A DNA stretch of 64,000 nt from Candidatus Bathyarchaeota archaeon (GTDB lineage: Archaea > Thermoproteota > Bathyarchaeia > Bathyarchaeales > Bathyarchaeaceae): positions 9,587-73,586 of the forward strand of contig JAUWDY010000003.1 in NCBI GenBank assembly GCA_030608565.1, in the 5' to 3' direction. The notes beneath the pieces are model-generated. The model saw only the letters and a program-made list of their open reading frames with translations. It had not been told where the DNA came from and made no database searches. Of this stretch, positions 1 to 8,045 are shown one piece after another. The translations under genes were made by a program, and so were the position numbers. Every line of letters begins with the position of its first letter. Positions within the stretch are counted from its first letter, which is position 1.

Positions 1-537
1 CACAGTTATGCTTCCAGCTGAACCCATTATAAGATATTTGAATCCTGCTTCAATGGGCTCCCATTTCCCCTTTCTGAAGGCAACTAGTGCGTAAGAGCTT
101 ATACACATGATCTCCCAGAAGATGAATAACGTAAAGAAGTCGCCTGCAAATGAAACTCCTACCATTCCAGCAACCGTGATCAGTAGTAGAGTATAATATT
201 CAACGAGTCCTGTGTCATGTTCCATAAAACGGATGGAATAAATGCAGGTCATCAGTCCTATGAAGAGGAAAATCGCTGTCATGAATATGCTTAACATATC
301 TATTTCCAAGCAAACCGCTATCGGACGCATGAATAGTAACTCAGACGTAATCATGATAATGCCGCCGTTGTCTAAAACTTGATTGTACAATAATGGAAGG
401 AAAGCCAGAGAAACCATGAACCCGACTGTGGCAAATATCGGTGGAAATCTACGAAACCCAATCTTACGGCCTAACAAGCCCACTAATGGAGTTATGACAA
501 TGAAGAAGAACAGTGCGTCCAGTGCGAATGTGAACAT
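1..537 (-). CDS. Antiporter-like membrane subunit (NuoN/MrpD/MbhH family), N-terminal part; the gene runs off the window start
   Basis: Manual minus-strand translation from the ATG at 537 gives MFTFALDALFFFIVITPLVGLLGRK...GDFFTLFIFWEIMCISSYALVAFRKGKWEPIEAGFKYLIMGSAGS. The FWE..S.Y.LV and EA..KY motifs are typical of Nuo L/M/N and MrpA/D proteins. The start abuts the stop of the next gene at 538. Confidence 0.7.
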   Translation of the reverse strand, partial: MFTFALDALFFFIVITPLVGLLGRKIGFRRFPPIFATVGFMVSLAFLPLLYNQVLDNGGIIMITSELLFMRPIAVCLEIDMLSIFMTAIFLFIGLMTCIYSIRFMEHDTGLVEYYTLLLITVAGMVGVSFAGDFFTLFIFWEIMCISSYALVAFRKGKWEPIEAGFKYLIMGSAGSITV

Positions 538-852
538 TTACCATCTTATCCTTTTCAGTTTCTTTACATCCAGAGTTTTGAAATGTTTGTATGCATGAAG
601 TGTAATAGCTAACCCTATGGCGAGTATGCATCCTCCTATTGCTATAGATAGAATAACGAGCGCGTGAGCCAGAGGATGCATAAATCCAGAGACTGCATAG
701 GTTGAGAAGGCTATGAAATTTATGTTTGCTGCGCTTATCATTATTTCGAGGCTTATCAGAAGTCTTACCATGTTGCGCTTGGCTATGAGGCAGTATAATC
801 CGATGATGAACAAGGCCGCTGAGCATGCGAGGTAGTAGGTTAATGGGATCAA
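538..852 (-). CDS. NuoK/MrpC/MbhG-like small membrane subunit
   Basis: 104 aa with three TM helices. YYLACSAALFIIGLYCLIAKRNMVRLLISLEIMISAANINF matches the NuoK/MnhC pattern. It overlaps the upstream gene by 4 nt. Confidence 0.75.
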   Translation of the reverse strand: MIPLTYYLACSAALFIIGLYCLIAKRNMVRLLISLEIMISAANINFIAFSTYAVSGFMHPLAHALVILSIAIGGCILAIGLAITLHAYKHFKTLDVKKLKRIRW

Positions 853-1127
853 GTGTCCTCCCTTTCCTCAACTCTGAACATAGCTCTGCAACAAGTTGCC
901 GTTGCAAACAAGACAAATGCTAAAACGATTAGGTCAAGTTGACGCTGTCCCCATAGGGTTGCACTAACTTCTTGGCCCACGTCTTCCTCAACAGAAACCA
1001 ATGTCATGTTTATTGGATACTGCAAGAAACCTTGTTGTGGAAACTGTTGCTGAATCACTATTAAGAAGATGAATATCAATGCAACCGTGGTGGCTAATCC
1101 AAAAACGCTTAACCATCCGACCTTCAT
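849..1127 (-). CDS. MnhB/MrpB-domain small membrane subunit (MbhE/F-like)
   Basis: 92 aa with two TM helices. The WGQRQLDLIVLAFVLFATA segment resembles the MnhB YRGFDTLGE..VL region. It is translationally coupled (ATGA overlaps) to both neighbours. Confidence 0.5.
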   Translation of the reverse strand: MKVGWLSVFGLATTVALIFIFLIVIQQQFPQQGFLQYPINMTLVSVEEDVGQEVSATLWGQRQLDLIVLAFVLFATATCCRAMFRVEEREDT

Positions 1128-1386
1128 TCCTCAGACCCCCTCTTTGTCACCATGACCACTGAGATAAATAGGGCGATAACTGCGCCTGCGTAGATTAGTA
1201 ACTGGAAGACAGCGACGTAGGGAGCATTCAGAATCGCAAACAATAGCCCAATTGTGGTACCCATTCCGCATAAACATACGATTGCGCGGAGCATGTCTTT
1301 GATTTCGATTGTGAGAATCGCCAGAACAATGGTAACTATGATGAGAAGTATCTGTATGATGTCGATGAACAGTTTATGACCTCCAT
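1124..1386 (-). CDS. NuoJ/MbhD-like small membrane subunit with an apparent frameshift or non-canonical start
   Basis: The open frame LFIDIIQILLIIVTIVLAILTIEIKDMLRAIVCLCGMGTTIGLLFAILNAPYVAVFQLLIYAGAVIALFISVVMV resembles NuoJ (..FlA..QvlvYaGAi.VLflFviM). Its only in-frame ATG is at 1294. An out-of-frame ATG at 1386 would join the frame if one base were added in the TTT run at 1373-1375. Confidence 0.5.
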
Positions 1387-1532
1387 TCTACTATATTTCG
1401 TGATCTTAACTACTTCTATCTTATCAATTTTAAGAATTGCCTTTGAGATATTCGCTGCATTCCAATTGATTGAAGTTTTATGTAAAGTTTTATTTGATGC
1501 AGAGTCTAACACTACGAGACGGAAGGAATCTT

Positions 1533-1898
1533 ATGGCAGGTGAACTCGGCTTTTCAATTCCCTCAATATTCGTCCTCTCCATATTATTAGGTGTTATATT
1601 GTACATTATTGGAAGCATAATCGCTCCTAGAGTTAAGAAAACAGCTGGGAAGCTTGCTCCATACGCTTGTGGTGAAGATCTTCCAGCAGAAAAGCTTCAA
1701 GTGAACGCTGAAGAATTCTTTATCTATGCTACTTATTTCTTGATCTTCGATGTTGTAGCCTTTATGCTGGCAACATCTTTAGGTAAACCAGGCTTCTTTC
1801 CCATACTGTTCATTGCCATAATTTTGGTTTCCTCACTCGTATTGTTTCCGGTTCGGGTTCGGCGGGTAGAGAAAGATGGGTTTGATAAAGTGGGCTAG
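1533..1898 (+). CDS. NuoA/MbhI-like membrane subunit
   Basis: PYACGEDLP matches the NuoA PYECG motif, with three TM segments. The internal ATG at 1533 (MAGELGF) is preferred over the TTG at 1470, because AT-rich TATA-like sequence lies at about 1484-1497. Confidence 0.6.
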   Translation: MAGELGFSIPSIFVLSILLGVILYIIGSIIAPRVKKTAGKLAPYACGEDLPAEKLQVNAEEFFIYATYFLIFDVVAFMLATSLGKPGFFPILFIAIILVSSLVLFPVRVRRVEKDGFDKVG

Positions 1899-2304
1899 AA
1901 CAAAGTCTCCATGGCTTCTCCATTTCAACAGTGGAGGATGCGCCGGCTGTGACATTGAGGTTGTTGCTGCTTTAAACCCAAAATTTGACATTGAAAGATT
2001 TGGCATGCTCCTCAAGGGAAGCCCGAGACATTCTGACATTCTGGTTTTAACTGGGCCGATTACATTTCAGATTAAGAATAGACTGAAAAGGATATACAAC
2101 CAGATGCCTGAACCAAAATTCGTCATAGCAATTGGATCATGCGCCATAAGCGGAGGCGTATACAGAGGATGTTACAACGTTCATGAGGGAGCCGATAAAG
2201 TCGTTCCCGTCGACGTCTATGTTCCTGGCTGTCCACCGAAGCCTGAAGCCATAATCGATGGAATCATAAAGGTCCTAAAGAATTATGAGAAGGCAACGCC
2301 ATGA
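1876..2304 (+). CDS. NuoB-like [4Fe-4S] small subunit of a group 4 [NiFe]-hydrogenase (MbhJ-like)
   Basis: 142 aa. The cysteine pattern GGCAGCDIE ... GSCA ... PGCPP is that of NuoB/HycG/MbhJ. Confidence 0.85.
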   Translation: MGLIKWARTKSPWLLHFNSGGCAGCDIEVVAALNPKFDIERFGMLLKGSPRHSDILVLTGPITFQIKNRLKRIYNQMPEPKFVIAIGSCAISGGVYRGCYNVHEGADKVVPVDVYVPGCPPKPEAIIDGIIKVLKNYEKATP

Positions 2305-2786
2305 ATTCTTTATCTAAAGATTATCAAGATATTATTGAGAGGCTCAAGAAAGAAATCGGCTCAGAAAATTTAATTGGATACGAGATACCTAGACCGCGGA
2401 GGATATGGTTCTCGGTTCGCAAAGAGAAACTCGTTGATGCAATCACCCATCTGGTTGGAAAGGGATTTGTCCACCTTTCAACCATAACAGGTTTAGAAGA
2501 CGAAAACGGACTTGAGGTTATCTATCATCTGAATAGAAAAGGCTTAGAGGCTTCATTAAAGGTTGAAGTTCCTGTCAAGCAACCGGTTCTTCCGACCATA
2601 ACCCCGATTATTCCCGGTGCAATTCTGTATGAACGCGAAGTCCATGAGCTGCTAGGTGTAGTCTTTTCTGGACACCCCAATCTATCTCTATTGATCCTAC
2701 CTGAAGATTGGCCAAAGGGAGTCTACCCGTTGAGAAAAAAGTGGACACATAAAGAGATTAAAAAGAAATTATCAAGGAGAACGTGA
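2301..2786 (+). CDS. NuoC-like subunit (MbhK-like)
   Basis: 161 aa. The ILYEREVHELLGVVFSGHP segment is typical of the NuoC/HycE N-terminal family. It sits between the NuoB- and NuoD-like genes with ATGA coupling. Confidence 0.8.
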   Translation: MNSLSKDYQDIIERLKKEIGSENLIGYEIPRPRRIWFSVRKEKLVDAITHLVGKGFVHLSTITGLEDENGLEVIYHLNRKGLEASLKVEVPVKQPVLPTITPIIPGAILYEREVHELLGVVFSGHPNLSLLILPEDWPKGVYPLRKKWTHKEIKKKLSRRT

Positions 2787-2787
2787 A

Positions 2788-3963
2788 ATGTCGTCAATTA
2801 TCAAAATACCGTTTGGTCCTCAACACCCCGCGTTGAAAGAGCCTGAAAATTTTATGTTCAAAGTCGACGGCGAATACGTGGTTGATGTTACTCCTAGAAT
2901 CGGATACGCTCACAGAGGAATCGAAAAAGCCCTTGAAGACAGAACATATATTCAGGACCTATACTTGATCGAGCGAATCTGTGGAATATGCTCTCACGCA
3001 CATACTACATGCTACACACAAGCTGTTGAAGAAGCTTTGAAAGTCGATGTTCCACCCAGAGCAAAATACATCAGAACTATTGTAACTGAACTTGAGAGAA
3101 TACATAACCACTACTTCTGGCTTGGAATAGTCGCCCATGAAATCGGATTTGAAACCCTCTTCATGTACACTTGGAGAGACCGTGAAATTGTCATGGACTT
3201 ACTTGAACTCCTCTCAGGAAACCGAGTACAATATGCCATGAACATGATTGGAGGGGTGAGACGCGACATCACGCCTGAAATTTCTTCTAAGATTATGAAA
3301 GGAGTGAAAGTTTTAGGAGAAAGAATGAAATACTATAAAAAAATATGCTCAGATGACAAGACAATACTTGCCAGATCCGTGAACGTTGGAATCTTGAAAA
3401 CTAAAGACGCCATATCACTCTGCGCTGTCGGTCCCACTTTACGTGCAAGCAATGTTAAACGTGACGTTAGAGCTGACGATCCTTACGCGGCATATGATGA
3501 AATTCCTTTTCATGTAGTGACTTACGATGGGTGCGATGTAGCAAGTAGAATTGCGACTAGATGCGACGAGGTTATAGAGAGCGTAGAAATAATTCGATAT
3601 GCCTTAGAACATCTGCCAACTGGGTCTATAGAAGTGATAGTTTCAAGAGTAGTCCCACCGGCTGAGATCATCAGTAGAGTAGAAGCTCCCAGAGGGGAAA
3701 ACCTTCACTATTTAAGGTCAAATGGAACAGACAAACCATCAAGATACAAAGTTAGATCCCCAACACTGGCCAACCTTACTGCATTATGCAAGATGCTGAT
3801 CGGCGGATACATCGCTGACATCCCGATTGTAATAGCGGGAATCGATCCATGTTTCTGTTGCATGGACAGACTCACCTTCGTTGATATAAACAACGATGAG
3901 ACCTGGGGTTGGGAAGGCGAAAAGCTTAGGAGATATGGAATTAAATGGTACAAGAAGCAATAA
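2788..3963 (+). CDS. Group 4 [NiFe]-hydrogenase large subunit (NuoD/HycE/MbhL family), metal ligands retained
   Basis: 391 aa. The N-terminal RICGICSHAH (CxxC...H) and C-terminal DPCFCCMDR (DPCxxCxxR) motifs are both intact. A 30 aa tail (LTFVDINNDETWGWEGEKLRRYGIKWYKKQ) follows the second motif. Confidence 0.85.
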   Translation: MSSIIKIPFGPQHPALKEPENFMFKVDGEYVVDVTPRIGYAHRGIEKALEDRTYIQDLYLIERICGICSHAHTTCYTQAVEEALKVDVPPRAKYIRTIVTELERIHNHYFWLGIVAHEIGFETLFMYTWRDREIVMDLLELLSGNRVQYAMNMIGGVRRDITPEISSKIMKGVKVLGERMKYYKKICSDDKTILARSVNVGILKTKDAISLCAVGPTLRASNVKRDVRADDPYAAYDEIPFHVVTYDGCDVASRIATRCDEVIESVEIIRYALEHLPTGSIEVIVSRVVPPAEIISRVEAPRGENLHYLRSNGTDKPSRYKVRSPTLANLTALCKMLIGGYIADIPIVIAGIDPCFCCMDRLTFVDINNDETWGWEGEKLRRYGIKWYKKQ

Positions 3964-4904
3964 TTTCTCTACTCCAAATAGTTATCTTCCCAGGATTCCT
4001 CTTCTTAATATTAGCCGCGTTTTTCTATGAATGGGTTGACAGAAAGTTTGTAGCGCGTCTTCAAAACAGGTATGGTCCACTGCACACGGGACCCAGGGGT
4101 TTACTTCAACCCTTCGCGGACTTTCTTAAGCTTCTCTCTAAGGAAGACATTATTCCATATGCTGCCGATAAACTTCTCTTTTCCGCTGTGCCGATATTTC
4201 TGCTGTCTCTTCCGTTAACAGCCCTTTTCTGCATTCCAATAATCAATTCTACGGCTCTTATCTCCTTCGAAGGAGACCTCATTCTCGTCATATTCATAAC
4301 AACCATTATCGTCATCTCAGTGTTCATAGGAGCCTGGTCCTCAACAAACAGGTTTAGCACAGTCGGCGGTATGAGAGCATGCCTTCAAATGCTTGGATAC
4401 GAGATTCCAATGACCATTGCCATGGCTGGACCAGCCATAGTCGCCAAAACTCTAAGCATAAGCAAAATCGTTCAATGGCAAACTACGGGATTATGGTTCA
4501 TCCTCACTCAACCGCTGGGTTTCATCATTGTGACCATATGTTTTTTGGCGGAGCTGCAAAAAATTCCATTTGACATTCCAAAAGCTGAAACCGAGGTGGT
4601 GGCTGGCTGGCTTACCGAGTTTAGCGGCAAGAAACTGGCGTTATTAAGGCTTGCAGAAGACCTTGAACTTGTCTTAGCAGGTTCGATAATGGCATCATTA
4701 TATCTTGGAGGACCAGCTGGATTCTCGTTTATGCCACCGTTTGTGTGGTTCATCATAAAACTGACAGTCTGTATATTGATACTCTCTAATCTGAGAGCTT
4801 TATTTGCCAGATTTAGAATTGACCAGTTAATGAGAGGGGTGTGGAAATATCTAACCCCACTTGCTCTCCTTCAAATAATCTTGGTTGAGCTAATTCCGTG
4901 GTGA
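3945..4904 (+). CDS. NuoH-like membrane subunit (MbhM/HycD-like)
   Basis: 319 aa and polytopic. VDRKFVARLQNRYGPLHTGPRGLLQPFADFLKL is the NuoH signature. Confidence 0.85.
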   Translation: MVQEAIISLLQIVIFPGFLFLILAAFFYEWVDRKFVARLQNRYGPLHTGPRGLLQPFADFLKLLSKEDIIPYAADKLLFSAVPIFLLSLPLTALFCIPIINSTALISFEGDLILVIFITTIIVISVFIGAWSSTNRFSTVGGMRACLQMLGYEIPMTIAMAGPAIVAKTLSISKIVQWQTTGLWFILTQPLGFIIVTICFLAELQKIPFDIPKAETEVVAGWLTEFSGKKLALLRLAEDLELVLAGSIMASLYLGGPAGFSFMPPFVWFIIKLTVCILILSNLRALFARFRIDQLMRGVWKYLTPLALLQIILVELIPW

Positions 4905-4908
4905 TCTT

Positions 4909-5256
4909 ATGAGCATGGAGAAGGAACTTATTAGACATCTACTAAAAAAGCCGGTAACCCTGCGTTACCCATTTGAAAAGCTTCCTCCAGTTAAGGGATT
5001 ACGCGGAAAACACGTTTGGGACTCTGAGAGATGCGTCGGATGCGGGTTATGCGCCAGAGATTGCCCATCTTCCGCCATCGAAATGATAGGTAAAGGCCTC
5101 ACAGCAGAACTCAAAATCTACCTTGGCAGATGCTTATTTTGTGGGCAATGCGAGGAAGGTTGTCCAAGAGACGCTATAAGACTCACTCAACTATATGAGC
5201 TGGCTGAATCCGACCGAAAAAACCTCATTTTGGAGTTCAAAAGAGAATCCACATGA
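4909..5256 (+). CDS. NuoI-like 2x[4Fe-4S] ferredoxin subunit (MbhN-like)
   Basis: 115 aa with two motifs, CVGCGLCARDCP and CLFCGQCEEGCP. Confidence 0.85.
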   Translation: MSMEKELIRHLLKKPVTLRYPFEKLPPVKGLRGKHVWDSERCVGCGLCARDCPSSAIEMIGKGLTAELKIYLGRCLFCGQCEEGCPRDAIRLTQLYELAESDRKNLILEFKREST

Positions 5257-5316
5257 AAACTTCACAAAAGTTAAATAACTAGAATACAGAACTTCAAAGT
5301 TGGAGGACCTTTGTAA

Positions 5317-5598
5317 GTGCAACAGGGCGTAAAGCGACTGGTCCTAGACGTCTTAAAGCCCCATGAACCCGACTTACCTGAACTTGCTACACGTTTAAGC
5401 TCCATAGACGGCGTAGACGGAGTCAACATATTCCTTGTCGAGATTGACCAAAGCACAGAAAGCGTGAGAATCACAATAGAAGGCAACAGTATCAACCTTA
5501 ACCATCTTAAAGACGCCATGAAAGATTGCGGAGCCGTGATTCACAGCATCGACGAAGTTTCAGTCGGAAAAAAGCTTATCAAAAAAACATCAACTTAA
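5317..5598 (+). CDS. DUF211-family small protein
   Basis: 93 aa. RLVLDVLKPHEPDLPELA is the hallmark N-terminus of archaeal DUF211 proteins. It is convergent with a VIT1 gene. Confidence 0.65.
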   Translation: MQQGVKRLVLDVLKPHEPDLPELATRLSSIDGVDGVNIFLVEIDQSTESVRITIEGNSINLNHLKDAMKDCGAVIHSIDEVSVGKKLIKKTST

Positions 5599-5701
5599 GA
5601 CGATTAGGCATATTCGTTTACGATACGCAAAATCTATATTTGTCTCAACATTTACAGGTCTAGATTTTAGTACCTCAAAGGCGATTTGCTTAGTAAAGAG
5701 G

Positions 5702-6301
5702 TTAAATGCCACCTAGAAGGGCGACTATCGCTATAGTTAGTAGTCCTGCGGCCACCGTCTGAGCGCCGTATAACAAAATGTTTTCCCTTGCAATTCTGCC
5801 AAGATAGAGGCCTAAAGAAAACAATGTGGCTAAGGTGAGAATGAGGGAGATAATGTAAGCGTCCCCGATGACAAGTGCTCCCGTTAACGTTAAAATGAAG
5901 GGAATAAGAGAAACAACTGCTGTCAACATGGGTGATACACCATCTATTAGTGCGGCATAGATGGAAACAAAGTTAGAAGCATCACTGTGTATAGAATCGC
6001 TGAGATCAGTGAGCATTGAATCCTCAAGCGTCTTAAGATGTCTCTTTCTCTCAGCTTTCTCAGCCATGTAAGCTCCGAAAATGCCGGACACGCCCATGGC
6101 CAAGCATGCCCCAAATCCCGCGGTAACAATTATCTTTGGATCCATGTTCCCCACAATCCATGAGCCTATAACAATGCCTAACATAGTCATTGAGCCGTCA
6201 AAACCATTCATGACGAAGTATCTTCTGGCGATACTACCTACATGCGTAATCCGCAGATATGATCTGATTCTTCGGAAGAAACTTCTAACTTGCTCTGTCA
6301 A
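5702..6301 (-). CDS. VIT1/CCC1-family Fe/Mn transporter
   Basis: 199 aa. The NGFDGSMTMLGIVIG start, the central EKAERKRHL helix and the C-terminal TM bundle match the VIT family. Confidence 0.7.
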   Translation of the reverse strand: MTEQVRSFFRRIRSYLRITHVGSIARRYFVMNGFDGSMTMLGIVIGSWIVGNMDPKIIVTAGFGACLAMGVSGIFGAYMAEKAERKRHLKTLEDSMLTDLSDSIHSDASNFVSIYAALIDGVSPMLTAVVSLIPFILTLTGALVIGDAYIISLILTLATLFSLGLYLGRIARENILLYGAQTVAAGLLTIAIVALLGGI

Positions 6302-6580
6302 ACGTTAACCACGCTGAGAAGACTAGGCTTCTCACCATCGCCACTCATTCACATCATTAATCTAGTATGCGATTAGGAAATATAAACCTTCAGATGCTCC
6401 TTAATTGTTGATTGGCACACGTGCATGTCGATCTCATAGTGTGGTACTTCATAACAGATAGACGCCCGCAACCATATGCCTTTGGAGGCAATTTTTTGTG
6501 TACACATTTAAAAATGAAGATGATAGAAAGGCTTATATCAATACATCAAGAAGGCTACTAAACACATTTGAGTTGGTTAT

Positions 6581-7153
6581 ATGACAGAAAAGAAACCCCC
6601 AGAAGAAAAAGCAGTTCCGTCAAAGGAATACTACGAGAAGGTACGCATAAAATCTAGAGAAGCACTTCTGAAGACCATTCCATCGATACTATTGTATGTT
6701 ATAACAGCTGTGCTTGTGACGCTCTTCGGTCGCCTCGTGTTCTTGCCAATAGCCGGGGGCATCAACTGGTACGGATATCCCCTTCCAGAGATTCTAAATT
6801 TCATCATACTGGTTACGCTATTAGCGCTGGTGGCAAGGATACTCGTGGATGTCCGTCGGGCAGTTGACGCCATAGCGGGCATCGCCGCCTGCGAAATAGG
6901 AGCACCCTACGATGTCTCACCAGAAGAGGTTGGGCACTACAAAACCGCATTTAGGGGTATAGTCTATGTGATAGTCGTGTCGCTGGCCTTCCTGCTGTTC
7001 GCAGACCACCTAACAAACATATCACCAGGACTATCAGCGGTAGCGTTGATAGGGATCGTCGTGTGGGCGATATACCAAATCTGGAGTGCCGTTCGAGCGG
7101 TCTCAAAAGAGATCAATCGCTACGCATCTGAATGGGCTAAGAAAGTACGTTGA
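6581..7153 (+). CDS. Uncharacterised 4-TM membrane protein (P1), paralogous to P3
   Basis: 190 aa with no family recognised. It shares LFG.LV.LP.A and R.IVYV...(26 aa)..P.LS...V..W motifs with the 7436-7930 product. The stretch is GC-rich. Confidence 0.6.
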   Translation: MTEKKPPEEKAVPSKEYYEKVRIKSREALLKTIPSILLYVITAVLVTLFGRLVFLPIAGGINWYGYPLPEILNFIILVTLLALVARILVDVRRAVDAIAGIAACEIGAPYDVSPEEVGHYKTAFRGIVYVIVVSLAFLLFADHLTNISPGLSAVALIGIVVWAIYQIWSAVRAVSKEINRYASEWAKKVR

Positions 7154-7431
7154 TGCAGCTGGAGCCTAAAGACGGTGGGGCGCCGGTGAGGCTTCTAACC
7201 AAAATTGCGCTGCTATGTGTAATACTAGCCGCTGACCTCCTCTTTTTTTTCGTTCTCCCGACATATTTCCCTGAAATTTTTGACACTATGTTTCAGATGA
7301 CGCCGTGGCCAGATGATGCTGAAAAAACGTTTGCGATATTTTCTGGTCTCGCAATTGCTGTTCTCTCATCAAGTGTGATAGTATATATCTTGGTGCAACG
7401 CTTCCGAAAAACCGTTACAATAAGGGGGTAA
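7153..7431 (+). CDS. Uncharacterised 2-TM membrane protein (P2)
   Basis: About 92 aa. Its ATG overlaps the P1 stop (TGATG). Two hydrophobic helices. No family recognised. Confidence 0.5.
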   Translation: MQLEPKDGGAPVRLLTKIALLCVILAADLLFFFVLPTYFPEIFDTMFQMTPWPDDAEKTFAIFSGLAIAVLSSSVIVYILVQRFRKTVTIRG

Positions 7432-7435
7432 GGAG

Positions 7436-7930
7436 ATGATGGAGAGGGGGGAATCTGAAGCCCGTGCACGGCTGGCTGATGTTGTGAAGGAGCACCTACC
7501 GAACACATTCACCAATTTCTCCACTGCGGTGCTCATATGGCTCTTCGGGGTCTTGGTCTACCTACCACTCGCCCACAGGATAGAGTCTATCGAGGTCCCG
7601 CTCATCTGCGGTCTAACGGTTCTTATAGGCTTCTCTGTCTTCGTCTTCAGAGGGTTTGACGGATTTAGGTGCTTGCTGGACGCTGGATCGGATGTTCTAG
7701 CATACGAGTACAGGCGTAGGAGAAAAAAGGTGAAGTTTTCTATAGATCAGTTAAAGACCGTGACTAGATGCATAGTTTACGTTGTGGCGGCTCTGATAGT
7801 ATATGGACTATACTCACCGTTGCTCGCAGCGATATACCCGTCGTTAAGCGGCTTAGTGTTCATACCAGTAATCTTGTGGATTTTTTGGATGATCTTCAAG
7901 TCAGTAACTACATTGACTACAGGTGAGTAA
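7436..7930 (+). CDS. Uncharacterised 4-TM membrane protein (P3), paralogous to P1
   Basis: 164 aa. AAGGAG lies 5 nt upstream of the ATG. It aligns with P1 (IWLFGVLVYLPLAH vs VTLFGRLVFLPIAG; TRCIVYVVAALIVYGLY vs FRGIVYVIVVSLAFLLF). Confidence 0.6.
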   Translation: MMERGESEARARLADVVKEHLPNTFTNFSTAVLIWLFGVLVYLPLAHRIESIEVPLICGLTVLIGFSVFVFRGFDGFRCLLDAGSDVLAYEYRRRRKKVKFSIDQLKTVTRCIVYVVAALIVYGLYSPLLAAIYPSLSGLVFIPVILWIFWMIFKSVTTLTTGE

Positions 7931-8045
7931 TACCGTAGAGTCTGCGGCACAGAGCCTATTCATGTAGAAAAGCTGAGCCTGAAGAGCAAAGCAAGTATAA
8001 CAGAAGTACCTCTACCCAAAGAAGTGTTGACATACATTACTAGAC

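Noticed and set aside
383-916. 71-aa plus-strand and 150-aa minus-strand ORFs overlapping the nuoK/nuoN-like genes
   Set aside because: They are alternative frames of a region already explained by membrane-subunit genes with clear family motifs.
6581-7930. GC-richness of the membrane-protein trio as proof of horizontal transfer
   Set aside because: My rough line counts show that cdhA and ftsZ are similarly GC-rich (about 60% in sampled 60-nt lines). GC therefore varies gene by gene in this contig, and composition alone cannot establish foreign origin. It is kept only as a supporting remark.
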